From Utricularia gibba (Eukaryota; Plantae; Magnoliophyta), in the NCBI GenBank assembly GCA_002189035.1, contig NEEC01000010.1, positions 868,001-932,000 on the forward strand: a DNA stretch of 64,000 bases, read 5' to 3'. Numbering within the stretch: position 1 is the stretch's first letter; the number at the start of each line of letters is the position of its first letter. A model generated the notes under the pieces. It was not told the DNA's origin and ran no database searches. It saw nothing but the letters and a program-made list of their open reading frames with translations. This document shows, one piece after another, positions 1-11,990 of this stretch. A program made the position numbers and the translations under genes.

Positions 1-2393
1 GAGCTCGAGGAATAGGCCCAGTGTATCTTTTCCTTGATTCTGTACTGGTTCAATGTAACCTGAACTCCAATCCCAGGCTCTCAATTCATCAAAGACCACG
101 TCTCTGCTAATTCTTATTTTCATGCTCGACAAGTCCAATACCCTGTATCCCTTGGTTATATCACTGCATCCTAGATGGACACCTACTAGTGCTTTCCTGT
201 CTAATTTCCTTCTTCTTTGTTTTGGGATGTGAGTATAGCATACACAACCGAAGATGCGGATGTGATCAACCCGTGGAATTCTCCCATGCCACATCTCAAA
301 TGGGGTTTTCTTTTCGATCAGTGCCTTGGTGGGCAGTCGATTCAGGAGGTACACGGCGGTGTTGACTGCTTCACCCCAATAGGTCATTGGTACGGTTTTC
401 TCATACATCAGACATCTGGCCATTTCAATTATAGTTCTGTTTCTTCTTTCACTTACGCCATTCTGCTCGTAGGGTGCAGTAAACTGGTGAATAATCCCTT
501 CTCGTTCACACATTTCAGTGAACTCATACGGTATGTATTCACCACCGTTATCAGATCTAATGTACTTAATTCTTTGCCTGCTTTGGTTCTCAACTTGAGC
601 CTTGAAGGCTTTGAAACAGTTCACCACTTCTGATCTGCTAGGGATGATAAATATCCAGCAGTATCTAGTGTAATCATCTACGAAAATTAAGAAATACCTA
701 TTTCTTGTAGATGTTGAGATGTTTATGGGTCCATATACGTCACTGTGGATTAGCTCTAGCTTCTGGGTGGTGATCCAGGTGCGTTTTCCGAACGGTCGTC
801 TAGAGAGTTTACCGATTTGGTAGATTTCGCATATCCTATGGTCTTGTTCCAGTTTTGGTATTCCCTCCATCAGGTTGGATTTTGACGCATGAGCCAGTGA
901 GGAGTAGTTCACATGGCCAAACCTTTTGTACCAGAGTGAGGCATCATCTTTAGCTGCAAAACAGGTGTCAGTTAGGTTTTTATCAGTTTGAAATCTTATA
1001 GGAAAAATTCTGCTTTCCATCTTGACTTCAAGAAGAAGTCTTCCAGATGATGAATATATGCTACAAAGAGCTCCATTGAAGGTGACGTTCAGCCCTTTAG
1101 AGGTAAGCTGTCCTACACTCAGAAGGTTGTGGGAGGCTTTGGGTACGTAGTATACATCTTGTATCTTTAGTATGTGCTCGCAAGTTTCAAGTTGTACAGT
1201 CCCTATCCCATGTGCTCTTATTAGTCGTCCATCAGTGACTTCTATTGATTTCCCATTCAGTGGCTTGTAGCTTGTGAATGCGCTGAATTTGTGAGTTAAG
1301 TGGTTGCTGCATCCACTGTCTATAAGCCACGTTCCTTTGTTTGTGATGTCGTTAGTGATTGAGAGTATGTGTCTTTGTGCAGCTTGTAGATATCAATGAC
1401 TTCCTTGGCATCAGAAAAATAGCATACAGAGTTCAATGCAGTAGAGTTTGATTCTTTCTTGTCATCATTTTTCTGTGCGAATTTTTCTTCAAATCTCTTC
1501 TTGCATACCCTTTCGATGTGGCCCTTCTCCTTGCAGAAGTTGCAGATCTTATCTGGGTTATAGAAACAACTCGAAACTGGATGGTTCCTCTGCTTGCAGT
1601 GTGGGCATTCAGGGTATGCTCCTCGTTTTTCAACTCTTTTTTGAGACTTTGCCTGGAAAGCTTGCTCAGTTTCGTCATGCCTTTCATATGTCTTCTAAAC
1701 TTGCTCAAAGTTGTAGAGTGTGTCCAGCAATTTTTCGTAGTTGTATGTGGTTAGAAGACCAGTTGTGGATAGCATCCCAATGCATGCTCTGAAGTCCTTT
1801 CCCACACACTTAAGGATTTTGTCTTTAACTCTACCATCGTCAACAGGTTGTCCCAGTTTTTTTAGCCGCTTTGCCACTGCACTCATAGAGAGCGTTAAAT
1901 CACTGATGGACTGACCTGGTTTCAGGCTGAGGTTGTTGAGAATATGCCACTGCTTTGCTATTTCCTTTTGTCGCCTTTCTGTTGTCATGGCATAATTTTT
2001 CGCAGTATGTTCCAGGCTTTCTTAGGAGATCGCAGTCCAGAATGAGATCATAGGCCTCATCAGTCATGGCCAAGGTAAGTGCATGCATTGCCTTTTTCCT
2101 CTTTTTCTGTGCCTCTTTTCTGCTGCAGTTTCCATATCTGAAGAAGAAGATTTTCGTTCTTTTGATTGAGCCGTATCCGCTTGCTCTTCTTCTTCATTTT
2201 CTTCAAACAGGTCCCAGAGGTCCAGATTGTCTAAATGGACAGACATCTTGTCCGCCCAGGCATCGTAGTCACCTCTGCCATCGAATGTAGGAGGAGGCAT
2301 GAAGTATGATGAGGCCATGGAGTGTGACTTGCTAAAGATTGGTAGGATCTGATTTGTAGCCGAACTTGAATCTATGCTTGTGATTTCTCAAGG

Positions 2394-2413
2394 AAATCCC
2401 ACAGCTGTCACCA
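2394..2413 (-). other. Primer-binding site complementary to the tRNA-Leu 3' end
   Basis: Plus strand AAATCCCACAGCTGTCACCA matches the 3' end (with CCA) of plant cytosolic tRNA-Leu(UAG) as recalled; zero spacer to the LTR. Confidence 0.75.
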
Positions 2414-2669
2414 TGTAAGAAGTCTGTAGCTCACTAACTGGGAGCCTTAGTGCTCGAGAGATTAGGCAAGAATTCTGGAAGAAAACTGTATAAAAAAATA
2501 TATTTGGTTACATATTTGTCTTTCTATTTATAGACCCCTTTTTTGTGACCGTTGAGCACAGGAATGCTTTGCAGGTTACCGTTGCCGTCAATCGGGGCCA
2601 TCTTGGATTTGGTCCTTCTCTTGGGCACAGACTTGGGCTGCTTACGAAGGGCCCGCATGCAATCTTACA
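2414..2669 (-). repeat. 5' LTR (256 bp) of the Copia element
   Basis: 7-bp terminal inverted repeat TGTAAGA...TCTTACA, a TATA-like TCTATAAATAG on the minus strand, and the PBS directly abutting the inner end. Confidence 0.85.
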
Positions 2670-2924
2670 CCATTTGAAGCTGGTATTTGGCCCAGCATCT
2701 GCTGATTCAGCCATCAGTTCTTTCCCATCCCCTTTCGTTCTTCTTCCTCGTCGCACACAGCATATTCAAACAGCACTTCAGAATCTTCAGCGGGTCTCAT
2801 AAAATTGTCCAAGATTAGCTTATCATCAGCCAACAATGATTTCCATCATGATCATTGATGAGGAGGGTATGCAATTTTACGTGTTTTTCAAATTTGAGTA
2901 TTGCTTTTGAATGATATGTTCTAG

Positions 2925-3144
2925 GTTCCTAGCGGCTTACAAGGGGTGCGCCTGCATCGTATAGTCGTGATCCTCGAAGTTATCGTCAGGTTACTCCGAC
3001 GATGACATCGATGTGGGCGATGGGGAGCCATCCCATGATATGCCACCTCAGATTCATCCTATGCACCGGGATCAAGAGGTGGATGAGTGGAGGAGAAAGT
3101 ATATGGAACGCGATGAAGCGCTCCTTCAAGAGGCGGGCACGTAG
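2925..3144 (+). pseudogene. Possible collapsed C-terminal exon of a PIF/Harbinger transposase
   Basis: After an acceptor (ttctag) reads FLAAYKG(V)RLH, like the Harbinger GFLAPYRGxRYH motif, with a frameshift. Ends in an acidic tail ...DQEVDEWRRKYMERD...stop. Confidence 0.4.
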
Positions 3145-3693
3145 TGAGGGTCTCCGAGTGAGTGTAGAGGGAGCATTTCTTGTTGGTTGTCTTCGCATGC
3201 TACTCGTTTCGTGATTCCTTGTTTTTTTCGGTTGGGCTGAATCTTGCTCACATTTTTTTCTAATAAATTATGCTTTACTACCAATGGGTTGCGATGGAGG
3301 TGTCATGGTGAGAGGATATGGTGAGGGACCTTCGTACGCCCCGTTCCTTGCTGCGAACAAGCCGTCATGGATCACTGCGTGTCGAGGACAAGTAGTTTGG
3401 CGAGGGAGCATGCACCCAAACACATGTCCCTAGCCCATCTCCTTCAATGAGGTGACACCCGGGGCATGGTAGGATGTCGGTAATGAACTAGCGTCTAGGG
3501 TGCAGGTTGCGGGTCGTTACATTGTGGCGCTGCATAAGCAAATTCGCAACAGTAAATCTGTGTATTGGTTCATCCTCTTCAATACAAATCTGTGGGTTTT
3601 TGCAGGTACATGGTGAGTGAATTCGAATTCTGATATTTCGACGAAAACCCATACTTCAATTTAAGTCAAGAGTTCTTATTTTTTGTTTCGCAT

Positions 3694-4547
3694 ATGATGG
3701 AGTCGGGTGATTTTTTTCCGAAAATTGCAGTAGGTTGTGCGTTGCTTATTCAGGCTGTTGCAATGGTTTCAAAGAAGATTATTTTGGCTGCCCTTGCTGC
3801 GGCGCATTGCGTTGGTCAGCACTTATGTGTTATGCGAATTATGATTGTTATAATGTTGCATTTCTACTGTACACCAACCGATAGGAGAATTCGGTTCTCA
3901 TACCGAGAAAAGATATCGCGACAAATAGAGCATTTGACTGCTTTGTTATTTGATTCAAGGAGTGCTTGTCTTGAAAACTTACGATTAAGTGTAGATGTTT
4001 TCAACAAGTTGTGCTATGTTCTTCGAAGTAATGGTAGACTATCCACTTCAAGGTATGTCAATGTTCCAGAGTAAGTTGCATTGTTTTTGGGTATTTTAGG
4101 TCATCACAGGAAAACAAGGCAACAAAAATTTGAATTCATGCGAAGCAGCTGATCAGTGTCCAAATATTTCAATGTGGTATTGTCAACGGTGCTGTCATTG
4201 CACCAAAATTTACTTAAGACACCTATGCCAATTGATGTTTTTGATCCTAATTCTAGCTTCAGATTTTTCAAGGTATGCAAGGAGATTTTTCATTATAGTT
4301 GTGAATTTGCAATGTGTATTCTGCATGCTGTAATTTTCTGCTCTATTTTTCAGAATTGCTTGGGCGCATTAGATGGTTCATATTTCTAGGTGGAGGAATC
4401 GTAAAGGAATCGTGTCCACTAATGTGCTAGGAGTGTGTGATGAGAAGCTCAAGTTCATCTCTTTGTTGTCCGGTTGGAAGGTGTCCGCTGCTGATAGCAT
4501 GCTGCTTGATGTAGTTTGTCGACAAAGAGCATTCACTGTATGCAAAG
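3694..4547 (+). pseudogene. PIF/Harbinger DDE transposase, 5' two-thirds, disabled
   Basis: CLENLRLSVDVFNKLC...VPE*VALFLGILGHH...SVSKYFNVVL; GT-AG intron 4273-4353; NCLGALDGSY (first catalytic Asp); RWRNRKGIVSTNVLGVCDEKLKFISLLSGWKVSAADS; donor GT at 4548. Contains stops and a frameshift. Confidence 0.9.
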
Positions 4548-4587
4548 GTAAGTGCTTACAATGTGTATAAGTCCATAGTTATGAGTG

Positions 4588-5019
4588 ACTTTCATGCATC
4601 CACAAAACCGACACAAGCCTCTTGTCTTCAAGGATTTGAGGAAAGTATGGATGGCATATCCGACTTACGACACTCAGAATACGCTACTCATAGATGACTC
4701 ATCGGAGAAGGGATTCATCAACCCAGTGAGTTATAGTTCACTAATATAGCTTTTATATTAACTTTCTTTTTCTCACTTTCATTTTATCTTATAGCGGGGA
4801 AATTTCATATTTCCCTATACTTGCGACTACATGGATTGTCACGACAAAGCACTAGAATTCGGGGCTACTTATGGATTTCGTATTTGGTTGGGCGCTGCCG
4901 ATGATGTCCCATCGTATGTGGAGCGATGCCGTGTCGGACAGCCGTGGATTGACAAATGCAATCCACACTTTGCTTACTATTCAGATGTAGTTAATGCCCT
5001 ACTCAATGGAGGAGAATGA
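4588..5019 (+). pseudogene. 3' exons of an FCP1/NIF-like HAD phosphatase gene, joined by deletion to the Harbinger transposase intron
   Basis: QNRHKPLVFKDLRKVW...NTLLIDDSSEKGFINP, phase-0 GT-AG intron 4726-4794, then RGNFIFPYT...DVPSYVERCRVGQPWIDKCNPHFAYYSDVV...stop. Both exons are open. Confidence 0.85.
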
Positions 5020-5149
5020 AGTGTCATTAATCATTTTGGTTATTATAAATCTCAAAAAACCGGACCAAAAAGACAGTTTGGTTATATGAGTATAATAATG
5101 AGGTATATTATATTTATAAAATGCGTTATTTGAATTATTATACACGTCT

Positions 5150-6240
5150 GTATGTTCTTTTGCACCATATGCTTCTTTTATACATAAGCCACGCCCATAT
5201 GCTTCTTTTACACTCCACAGGCGTGGATGATGCGTAAGCCACGCCCGTATGCTTTTTTCACACCATATGGGTGTGAAAACGATGTTGTCCTTTGGATTGA
5301 CTCGAAAATGATGACATGCCTGCACATGAATACAGTGTTGTGTTTTATATATGAAACCAACGTATACTAATGTATAGGACATAAATGGATCGAGCAGTAG
5401 AATCATATTTACTGCTCGATATGAATGTGGGATTAAAAAATATTGTATTTATTAAAATACGGTATTTATACATCATGTAAAATATAAATCAAATAAAAAA
5501 ATAATCAATTCTAACATTTTTCTGGCACATGATACGCCTTTGGAAGAGTTTGCGGAGTAGGGTCCATCAACTCAGTGCCTGTGGATGCAATCTCAAGACG
5601 ATATTCACGTTGGATTTGGTATTTTAAAGCGAATTTTCTCAATTGCATCCATGCATGTGATCGAGGTTACTAACGTGAAAGGATCGACTGGAAGGCTAAT
5701 TTTGGCCCGATTGTGCTCCTGTTCGACACTACCGGTGTGTTTGGATCTCGATCCTCACGCTCCAGGTAGCTCGAATGCATTAAATAATACATCCGAAATT
5801 CTTGGAATAAATATTAGAGCGTTCGACCTTTCCTTGTTGATTTAGATCGAATGTGGTTATATATTTTTTTAACAAATACGAAAACACGCACGTAGGTTAG
5901 GCATAACCCACGGGCGCATTTACTTTAGACGGGTGATGTTAAAAGTAAAACATTATTGTTGTTTTTTATATGTGAACTTGTCCTATCACTAACGAAAATC
6001 CACACGAACGCCATTTAGGCTTAACCCATGCCTGCACGGTGAAAAAAGGTTGCGAAATCGCACACGGGCGTGGGATATGGCCGTATGAGGAGACGGCGTG
6101 AGTTGCTTTTAGGGGTTAGTCGTATTTTCGTTTACTAATATTTTAAGTCATAGTAAATGGTGATGTAATGTATTTTACCCTTAATTAAAAGAGATATAGA
6201 AATTATCTCACGAGCATGGAATATTAACTAGATATTTGAG
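5150..6240 (+). repeat. Copy of the modular foldback-like repeat family (family X), forward orientation
   Basis: Aligns by eye to the reverse complement of 26110-26880 and to 60230-60700, 33100-33260 and 63540-63716. Carries repeated CACGCCCRTATG motifs (about 5190, 5240, 6062). Confidence 0.8.
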
Positions 6241-6777
6241 GTAACCACTACTAGTCTCATACGATACTTAGATCCCTAACATCATACACAAAGGATCCAT
6301 GAAGCAATCCATTGGACTCTCATGGCGACCCTAAGGTCTCATTACTCGATTGATGCCCCTTGATTGGACTTGAAGATCCTCCCTTGAACGATCTACCAAT
6401 CACCTATATGCCCAAAGGCCCCTTCAGTGGCGTGGCTCCCGTGAGAATCACGTTGCCTTTGGATTGGGGTGGCCATCTCCCCTCCTGTCCTTTGATTGCA
6501 TTGATCACACATCTCTAGACTTAATTATGCACTTGATCTATTCCTTGAGACGATGGAACTGTTGAAATAACTGAATTTTGGTGAACGCTTTGGGTTGTAC
6601 TTAGTGGTTACAACCGTACTGTACGTCTAAATCTGCGATTTAGTCCCAACTAAGACTAAAATAACACAACTACGGTACTTATACGCAAAATTATAGAACT
6701 AGGTAGTAAAACTTAATTTGTGTGGCACAATATAAATCTTTTCAATGTGCTTAATCACTCAAAAAGATGTGTTATCA

Positions 6778-9038
6778 ACGTCAGCTAAACTCTGCTATAT
6801 TATCTGAGCTAGCGGATGTTTTTGAAACAACAGAAATTGAATTTTGTTTCCAATATCTTTTCTTCTTCGTTTCTATCACCGGCTTACGTTCGCACATGGT
6901 GCAGTGAGCGTGGAGCAAACTTCTCCGATTACTCGGTGATTTCTGTTCGTGAAGATGACTAAAGCAACCGGTGAACCAATTCTGTTCGACTACAGTAATG
7001 GCGCCTTCATTGATCGTTCCGATCGGTTGGTGTTTAGCGGCTTCGATCACCGAGCATTGCTCTGGTAAATTCACCGTTAACCACACTAAACTACTTCGAG
7101 TGGCGACACAATGTGCGTCTAGTGCCCGGTTCTAAAAATAAATTAGGTTTCATTGATGGAGAGATTAGTTGTCCACCCATGACTGATCCGGCCTATAGTC
7201 TCTGGATCCGAAACGATTATATGATTATGTCTTGGCTTTTAGTTTCAACAATGCTTCCAGTTCACATGATCTATGGGTCTCTCTACAGAATCACTACGGG
7301 AGACTGAATCATAGTCAGTTTTACCAGATTCAGCATGACTTGTATCACTTGAAGCAGGGTGCTCTTTCTGTTGCAGAGTATTACACCAAACTCAGTGGCT
7401 TGTGGAAGGACTTAGAGACAGTTACGCTAGATATTGGATGTCATAATTGTTCTTTCCATGTCTCCACTGTAGTTGTTTTTGGCCCCATGAAGTTAACGAA
7501 GTTCCTACGAGGGCTAAGTGATCGATATGAGTCAATCAAGAATCAGATTCTTGTGATGGATGATCTCACGGTGGACAAGGCATACTCAATTCTACTTAAT
7601 GTAGAACAAGAAAAAGGGAAAGGCTCCATTCATCCTGAGGAGGCCTTCACTCATACTGCTATGTACTCTAAAGCTTCTGATCTTAGACATGATAATCCAA
7701 TGGCATGTCAGGTTTCTTCCAATAATTCTTTCATCGGAAACATTAAGAAGAGAGATGGAGGTTATTGCGATCATTTTAAAAAACAGGGCCACACACGTGA
7801 GACGTGCTTCATTCTCACTGGTAACTACCCATCCTGGTGGAAGAAAAGGGACTCTTCTGAGGGTCCTCGTTCTGCGGGACATGCTAAGCCCCTTTCTTGT
7901 CAAATGATGAATCTAGGCGACAACCGGTAGATGATTTTCACTCCGCATCTGTCACCCCTGCCTCTGAGGCTGCCATTAACCCTTTACGCCAGGAACTTCA
8001 TGCCTTGCAATATGAATTACGGAAATGGAATGCCTCTGGACAGCCCTCTGTGGCCCCTAGCCATGCCCCATCACAATCTTATGCTAACATGAGCATCCCT
8101 CATTATGTAGGTACATTACCTCTTGCACTCTCCATGCATATTAGGGTGACTGATGGCTTTGTGTGCCAGCCTTAGGGAGTGGATCATTGACTCAGGGGCG
8201 ACCACTCACATTTCTTTTACCATGCGTAACCTTGAGTTATTACCACATATTTGTGACATTTTTGTTTCTCTACCTGATGGATCCTCATGTCATGCTGGTG
8301 GGATTGGCACGGTTACTTTACAGCATGATGTGTGCTTACATCGAGCCCTCTATATTCCTTCATTTAAATTCAACTTACTCTCTGTACCTCGATTGCTGCT
8401 GACTTGAAAGTTTCTTTCCATTTCCTTGATAATGGTGGCTTATGTAGGCCCCGGACTCCAATAAGGTGCTTGTTGTGGGGCAAGTCCGCGATGGGTTATA
8501 CATCTTGGATGGGAGATCATGCTTGCCACATTTCACAGCCACCGCTTCTAAAGCTGTCTTCGCTTGTGATGACACTTCTTTGCATTCCTTATTCTCTGTA
8601 TTGTGAACCAAAGTCTCTTTCTTTTGTGGTTCCTCTTCACTTCTTGATAACTCTTTTTTGTGGCATTGTCGCTTGGGCCACATCTCTGAATCCAAGGCAA
8701 AGCACATGCCCATATCTTGTGGCATTCATTGGAACCATTGTGATATCTGTGAATTTTCTAAGTTTCATCGGCCAATGTTTCCCCATAGTGATTCGATTGC
8801 ACCCTCTAAATTCTTCCTTATTCATTGTGATTTGTGGGGGCCTTACAAGGTTGCTACCACCTATGGCACACGGTGTTTTCTAATGGTTGTCAATGATCAT
8901 ACACGTAGTACCTGGACTTTCTTACTCGCCTCAAAATCTGAGGCTTGCGTCCACATTGCTTGCCTACTTTGTTATTTCTCTCATAAGTTTGGGGTTGATG
9001 TCAAAAAAATCCATTGTGATAAAGGGGGTGAGTTCCTT
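6778..9038 (+). mobile_element. Ty1/copia (Ale/Retrofit-like) element, 5' part: partial LTR, PBS, gag, protease, integrase N-terminal half; degenerate
   Basis: SKNKLGFIDGEISCP...WIRNDYMIMSWLL gag; LTKFLRGLSDRYESIKNQILVM; knuckle CDHFKKQGHTRETC; protease EWIIDSGATTHI; LWHCRLGHIS; LIHCDLWGPY...IHCDKGGEF, then interrupted. The 5' boundary is uncertain. Confidence 0.9.
6897..6914 (+). other. Primer-binding site complementary to the tRNA-Phe 3' end
   Basis: TGGTGCAGTGAGCGTGGA directly after the LTR-terminal CA. This is a 17/18 match to the complement of the plant tRNA-Phe(GAA) 3' end (TGGTGCGGTGAGCGTGGA) as recalled. Confidence 0.75.
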
Positions 9039-9353
9039 TGTTGGAATAATGGGTATTGGAGAAGGGAGGCTCTATCCTATATTGCTGGTTAAACACATGT
9101 TTAACTCGTTTATAAGGGAAGGCAACCCAATAACCTTGATAGATTTGAGAGTGAGCTGGGCCTCGCGCGCACGCAGGGTCTTAATTTATTAGATCGGATT
9201 GGGCTTCCGGAGGGCCCCGAAACCCAGAAATGGCTACGCGCAAGGGGGGGGGAGGGTGTGCAAATCCACCCTAAAAGCCTCTCACGTGTGTGCAGCCCAA
9301 GCCCATGTTTTGCTCCGTTTTGTCTCGAGCCCATTAGGGTTTACGATTCAACA
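9039..9353 (+). repeat. 5' LTR (315 bp) of the nested Copia element
   Basis: TGTTG...CAACA termini; starts exactly where the outer integrase frame (KGGEF) breaks; TATA-like TTTATAAGGG inside. Confidence 0.75.
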
Positions 9354-11828
9354 TATATTCGACTGATTTCTGAGACTGAGACGGACAGTTCTCGAAGGGC
9401 CTCTTGAATCCTAGGGGATCGTGAAATCCTTTAGGACATCGTGTTTATATGCCTGAGTTCTTCATTTGTGTTCGATTTTCAACAATCTAAAGGATATTCT
9501 GGATGAATCCGATCGGTGCCTCTTCGGAAAATGCTGTGCCACCGCTGCCCGCACCTCCGGTGACCCGCACACTGTTCACCGACGCCACTCCAACACCGAC
9601 AATCTTCCCTGCTGCAGATCTGGTTGCTGTGCCACCGCTGTAGAAAAAGCATGTCCATCCAGTTCAAAATCTGCTCGCCTCTATGCCACAGGTCACCTTT
9701 GGTATCCGCGATCTGTCCCTGAGCCATCCAATTGTGGGACACCAATTTCCTGACATTGCGAAAATCGAGCCCTTTGATTGAATGAATTTTCGGCACTGGA
9801 AAGATCGAATCTTTGAGTTGATGGATATGCACGACGTTGCCTTGGCTCTTGATGTTTCCAAACAGGATGCCACTGACTCTGAGATCCTCGGTGTGGGCTG
9901 GGATTTAGTGAATCGGGTATGTCGTCACACCATTATTACCACCTTTGCTGATAGTCTCTTCGATGTGTATGTAGTCTACAAGGATGCTGCCTCCATATGG
10001 AAATCGATGACTGCCAAGTACACTGTAGAGGAGGCCATTACATCCAGATTTGCAGTCACTAATTTTCTACAGTGGCAGATGATTGATGACAAGGAGGTGG
10101 TTATTCAGATCAACGAATTCCATCGCCTCTTGGACAATATGGCTGCTCAAAACATCAAGTTGCCTCTAGAGTTTGTTATTGATGCACTGATCCACAAGCT
10201 GCCACGAGGATGGGATGACTACAAGGCAAGGATTCGTCAATCTGATCGCAAGAAAAAGGGCCATTGTTTTTTCTGTGGTAAGCTAGGGCACTAAGCAGCA
10301 CCGTGCACGCACAGGAAGATTGGCAAACCTGGTAGTGAGCCTCCCAAAGCCAATGTTAACATGGCTTAGGGGGATGATAATGATGAGATGATTGTCACCA
10401 TGCTCGGTTACTTGAACCTAATTGAGGCCACTGGTGATTGGATCATGGACTCTGGAGCAAACCGTCATGTTTGCTTAAGGAAGGAGTACTTCTCCTCCTA
10501 TAGTCCTCTTGGGGGTGACAATCACGTGATCAAGTTTGCTGACAAGTCTACTACTCCAGTGCCTGGAAAGAGAGAAGTCACCCTGAAGTTCACCTCAGGG
10601 AAGACTGTACTTCTGAGAGATGTGCTGCATGCTCCTGCCATAAAGACCAATGTCATCTCAACTATCCAGAAGGATAAGTGTGGCCTAAATATCAACTTAG
10701 GCAATGGGGCTGCTGTGGTGATGAAGAACAATGTCTTTGTTGGGAAAGGATACATCGGTATTCAGGAGCTATATGTAATGAATGCTACTGTTATTTTTGA
10801 GAATAAAGTTGATTCTACTTATATGATGTGTTCTTTTGCTATCTAGCATGCTAGACTATGTCATGTGAACTAAGCCTACAATTAGCCTTGATTCCTAAAT
10901 TGCATGAGCTACTTGCTAAGTGTGAGACTTGTGTAGAGGCAAAGATGACTAAGAAATCCTACTTTTCTGTGACTAAAGAATCTGAATTGCTTGCATTGAT
11001 TCATTTAGATGTATGTGATTATAAGACGTGTGTATCTAGAGGTGGCAATAAGTTTATGGTTACTTTCATTGATGATTGCTCTAGATATACTCGTGTGTAT
11101 TTGCTGAGACATAAATCTGAAGCATTTGAGAAGTTTTTGCTATTCAAAGCTGAGGCAGAAAACCAACTTGACAAGAAAATAAAGAGAGTCAGATTTGATA
11201 GAGGGGGTGAGTATGTATTATTCAAGGACTTCTGTGAGAAGCATGGAATAATACATGAGACTACTTCTCCCTACTCCCCTGAGTCAAATGGAGTTGCTGA
11301 GAGGAAGAATAGGACATTGAAGGAAATGATGAATTCAATGCTTATTACTTCTAGCACTGCAGATGAAATGTGGGGGGAAGCGATTCTCACAGCTTGTCAT
11401 GTTTAGAACAGGATCCCACATAAGAAAACAGGCAAAACTCCATATGAGATATGGAAAGGCTATGCAACAAACCTAAGTATTTAAGGGTGTGGGGGTGCTT
11501 AGCAAAAGTGATGTTACCTGATCCTAAGAAAAGGAAGATTGGATCAAAAACATCTGATTGTCTGTTTATAGGATATGCACAAGGGAGTGCTGCATATCGA
11601 TTCCTTGTGATCAAGAGTGATGTCCTTGATCAGTATACAATAGTGGAAACAAAGACTGCTGAATTCTTTGAGCACATCTTTCCTCTAGCAGGAAAACACC
11701 AAGATGATGGTGATGAGACACCTATTACTGAACCTGTTGAAACTAGTGAACCCTTGGAGGAAGTGCCTCTGAGACGAAGCAAAAGGTAGAGGACAGAGTC
11801 TAGCTTCGGCGATGACTTCTATGTGTAT
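9039..11828 (+). mobile_element. Second Ty1/copia element (TAR/Ikeros-like) nested in the integrase of the Ale-like element; 5' LTR, gag, protease, integrase; truncated before RT
   Basis: LTR 9039-9353; gag IEPFD.MNFRHWKDRIFELMDMH; WIMDSGANRHVC; VTLKFTSGKTVLLRDVLH; FIDDCSRYTRVYLL...RFDRGGEY...SNGVAERKNRTLKEM; YLRVWGCLAKV; ends RRSKR*RTESSFGDDFYVYLI. Confidence 0.9.
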
Positions 11829-11990
11829 CTCATTTCTTGGCGAACAAAAAAACAGGCCACCGTTTCTCACTCTTCCACGGAAGTGAAGTACAGGAGCCTA
11901 GCGTCTGCTATGACTGAATTAATGTGGATCTCGTATATTCTGTAGGATCTACAGCAGCCACTGACGACACCTGGTTCACCTACTATCATT
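11829..11990 (+). pseudogene. Copia RNase H fragment (Ale-type)
   Basis: LISWRTKKQATVSHSSTEVKYRSLASAMTELMWISYIL*DL, matching the SWxxKKQxxVxxSSxEAEY motif. Confidence 0.85.

Larger units (their letters stand above)
1..2669 (-). mobile_element. Ty1/copia LTR retrotransposon, 5' half (5' LTR, PBS, gag, protease, integrase); continues beyond the window start; frameshifted, Ivana/Oryco-like
   Basis: Minus-strand translation gives the gag N-terminus PPTFDGRGDYDAWADKMSVHLDNLDLWD, a CCHC knuckle CNFCKEKGHIERVC, protease WLIDSGCSNHL, GAG-pre-integrase LWYKRFGHVN and integrase core YFLIFVDDYTRYCW...IRSDNGGEY. Protease-before-integrase order is Copia. Gag is split over several frames. Confidence 0.92.

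Noticed and set aside
217-633. 138-aa plus-strand ORF and similar antisense ORFs (1448-1792, 37485-37940, 46357-46875, 53631-54029)
   Set aside because: They are shadows of Copia or VPS13M coding sequence on the opposite strand, with no independent motifs.
2670-2830. Possible C-terminus of a Harbinger ORF1 on the minus strand
   Set aside because: Too short and low-complexity to assign without a search.
5389-5420. Perfect 11-bp hairpin ATCGAGCAGTA/TACTGCTCGAT as a Helitron 3' end
   Set aside because: No CTRR terminus follows at the expected distance on either strand, and no A|T insertion site is evident.
6246-6254. CACTACTAG as a CACTA transposon terminus
   Set aside because: No partner end with a 3-bp TSD or subterminal repeats. 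The nearest TAGTAGTG (about 23885) lies inside Tekay coding sequence.
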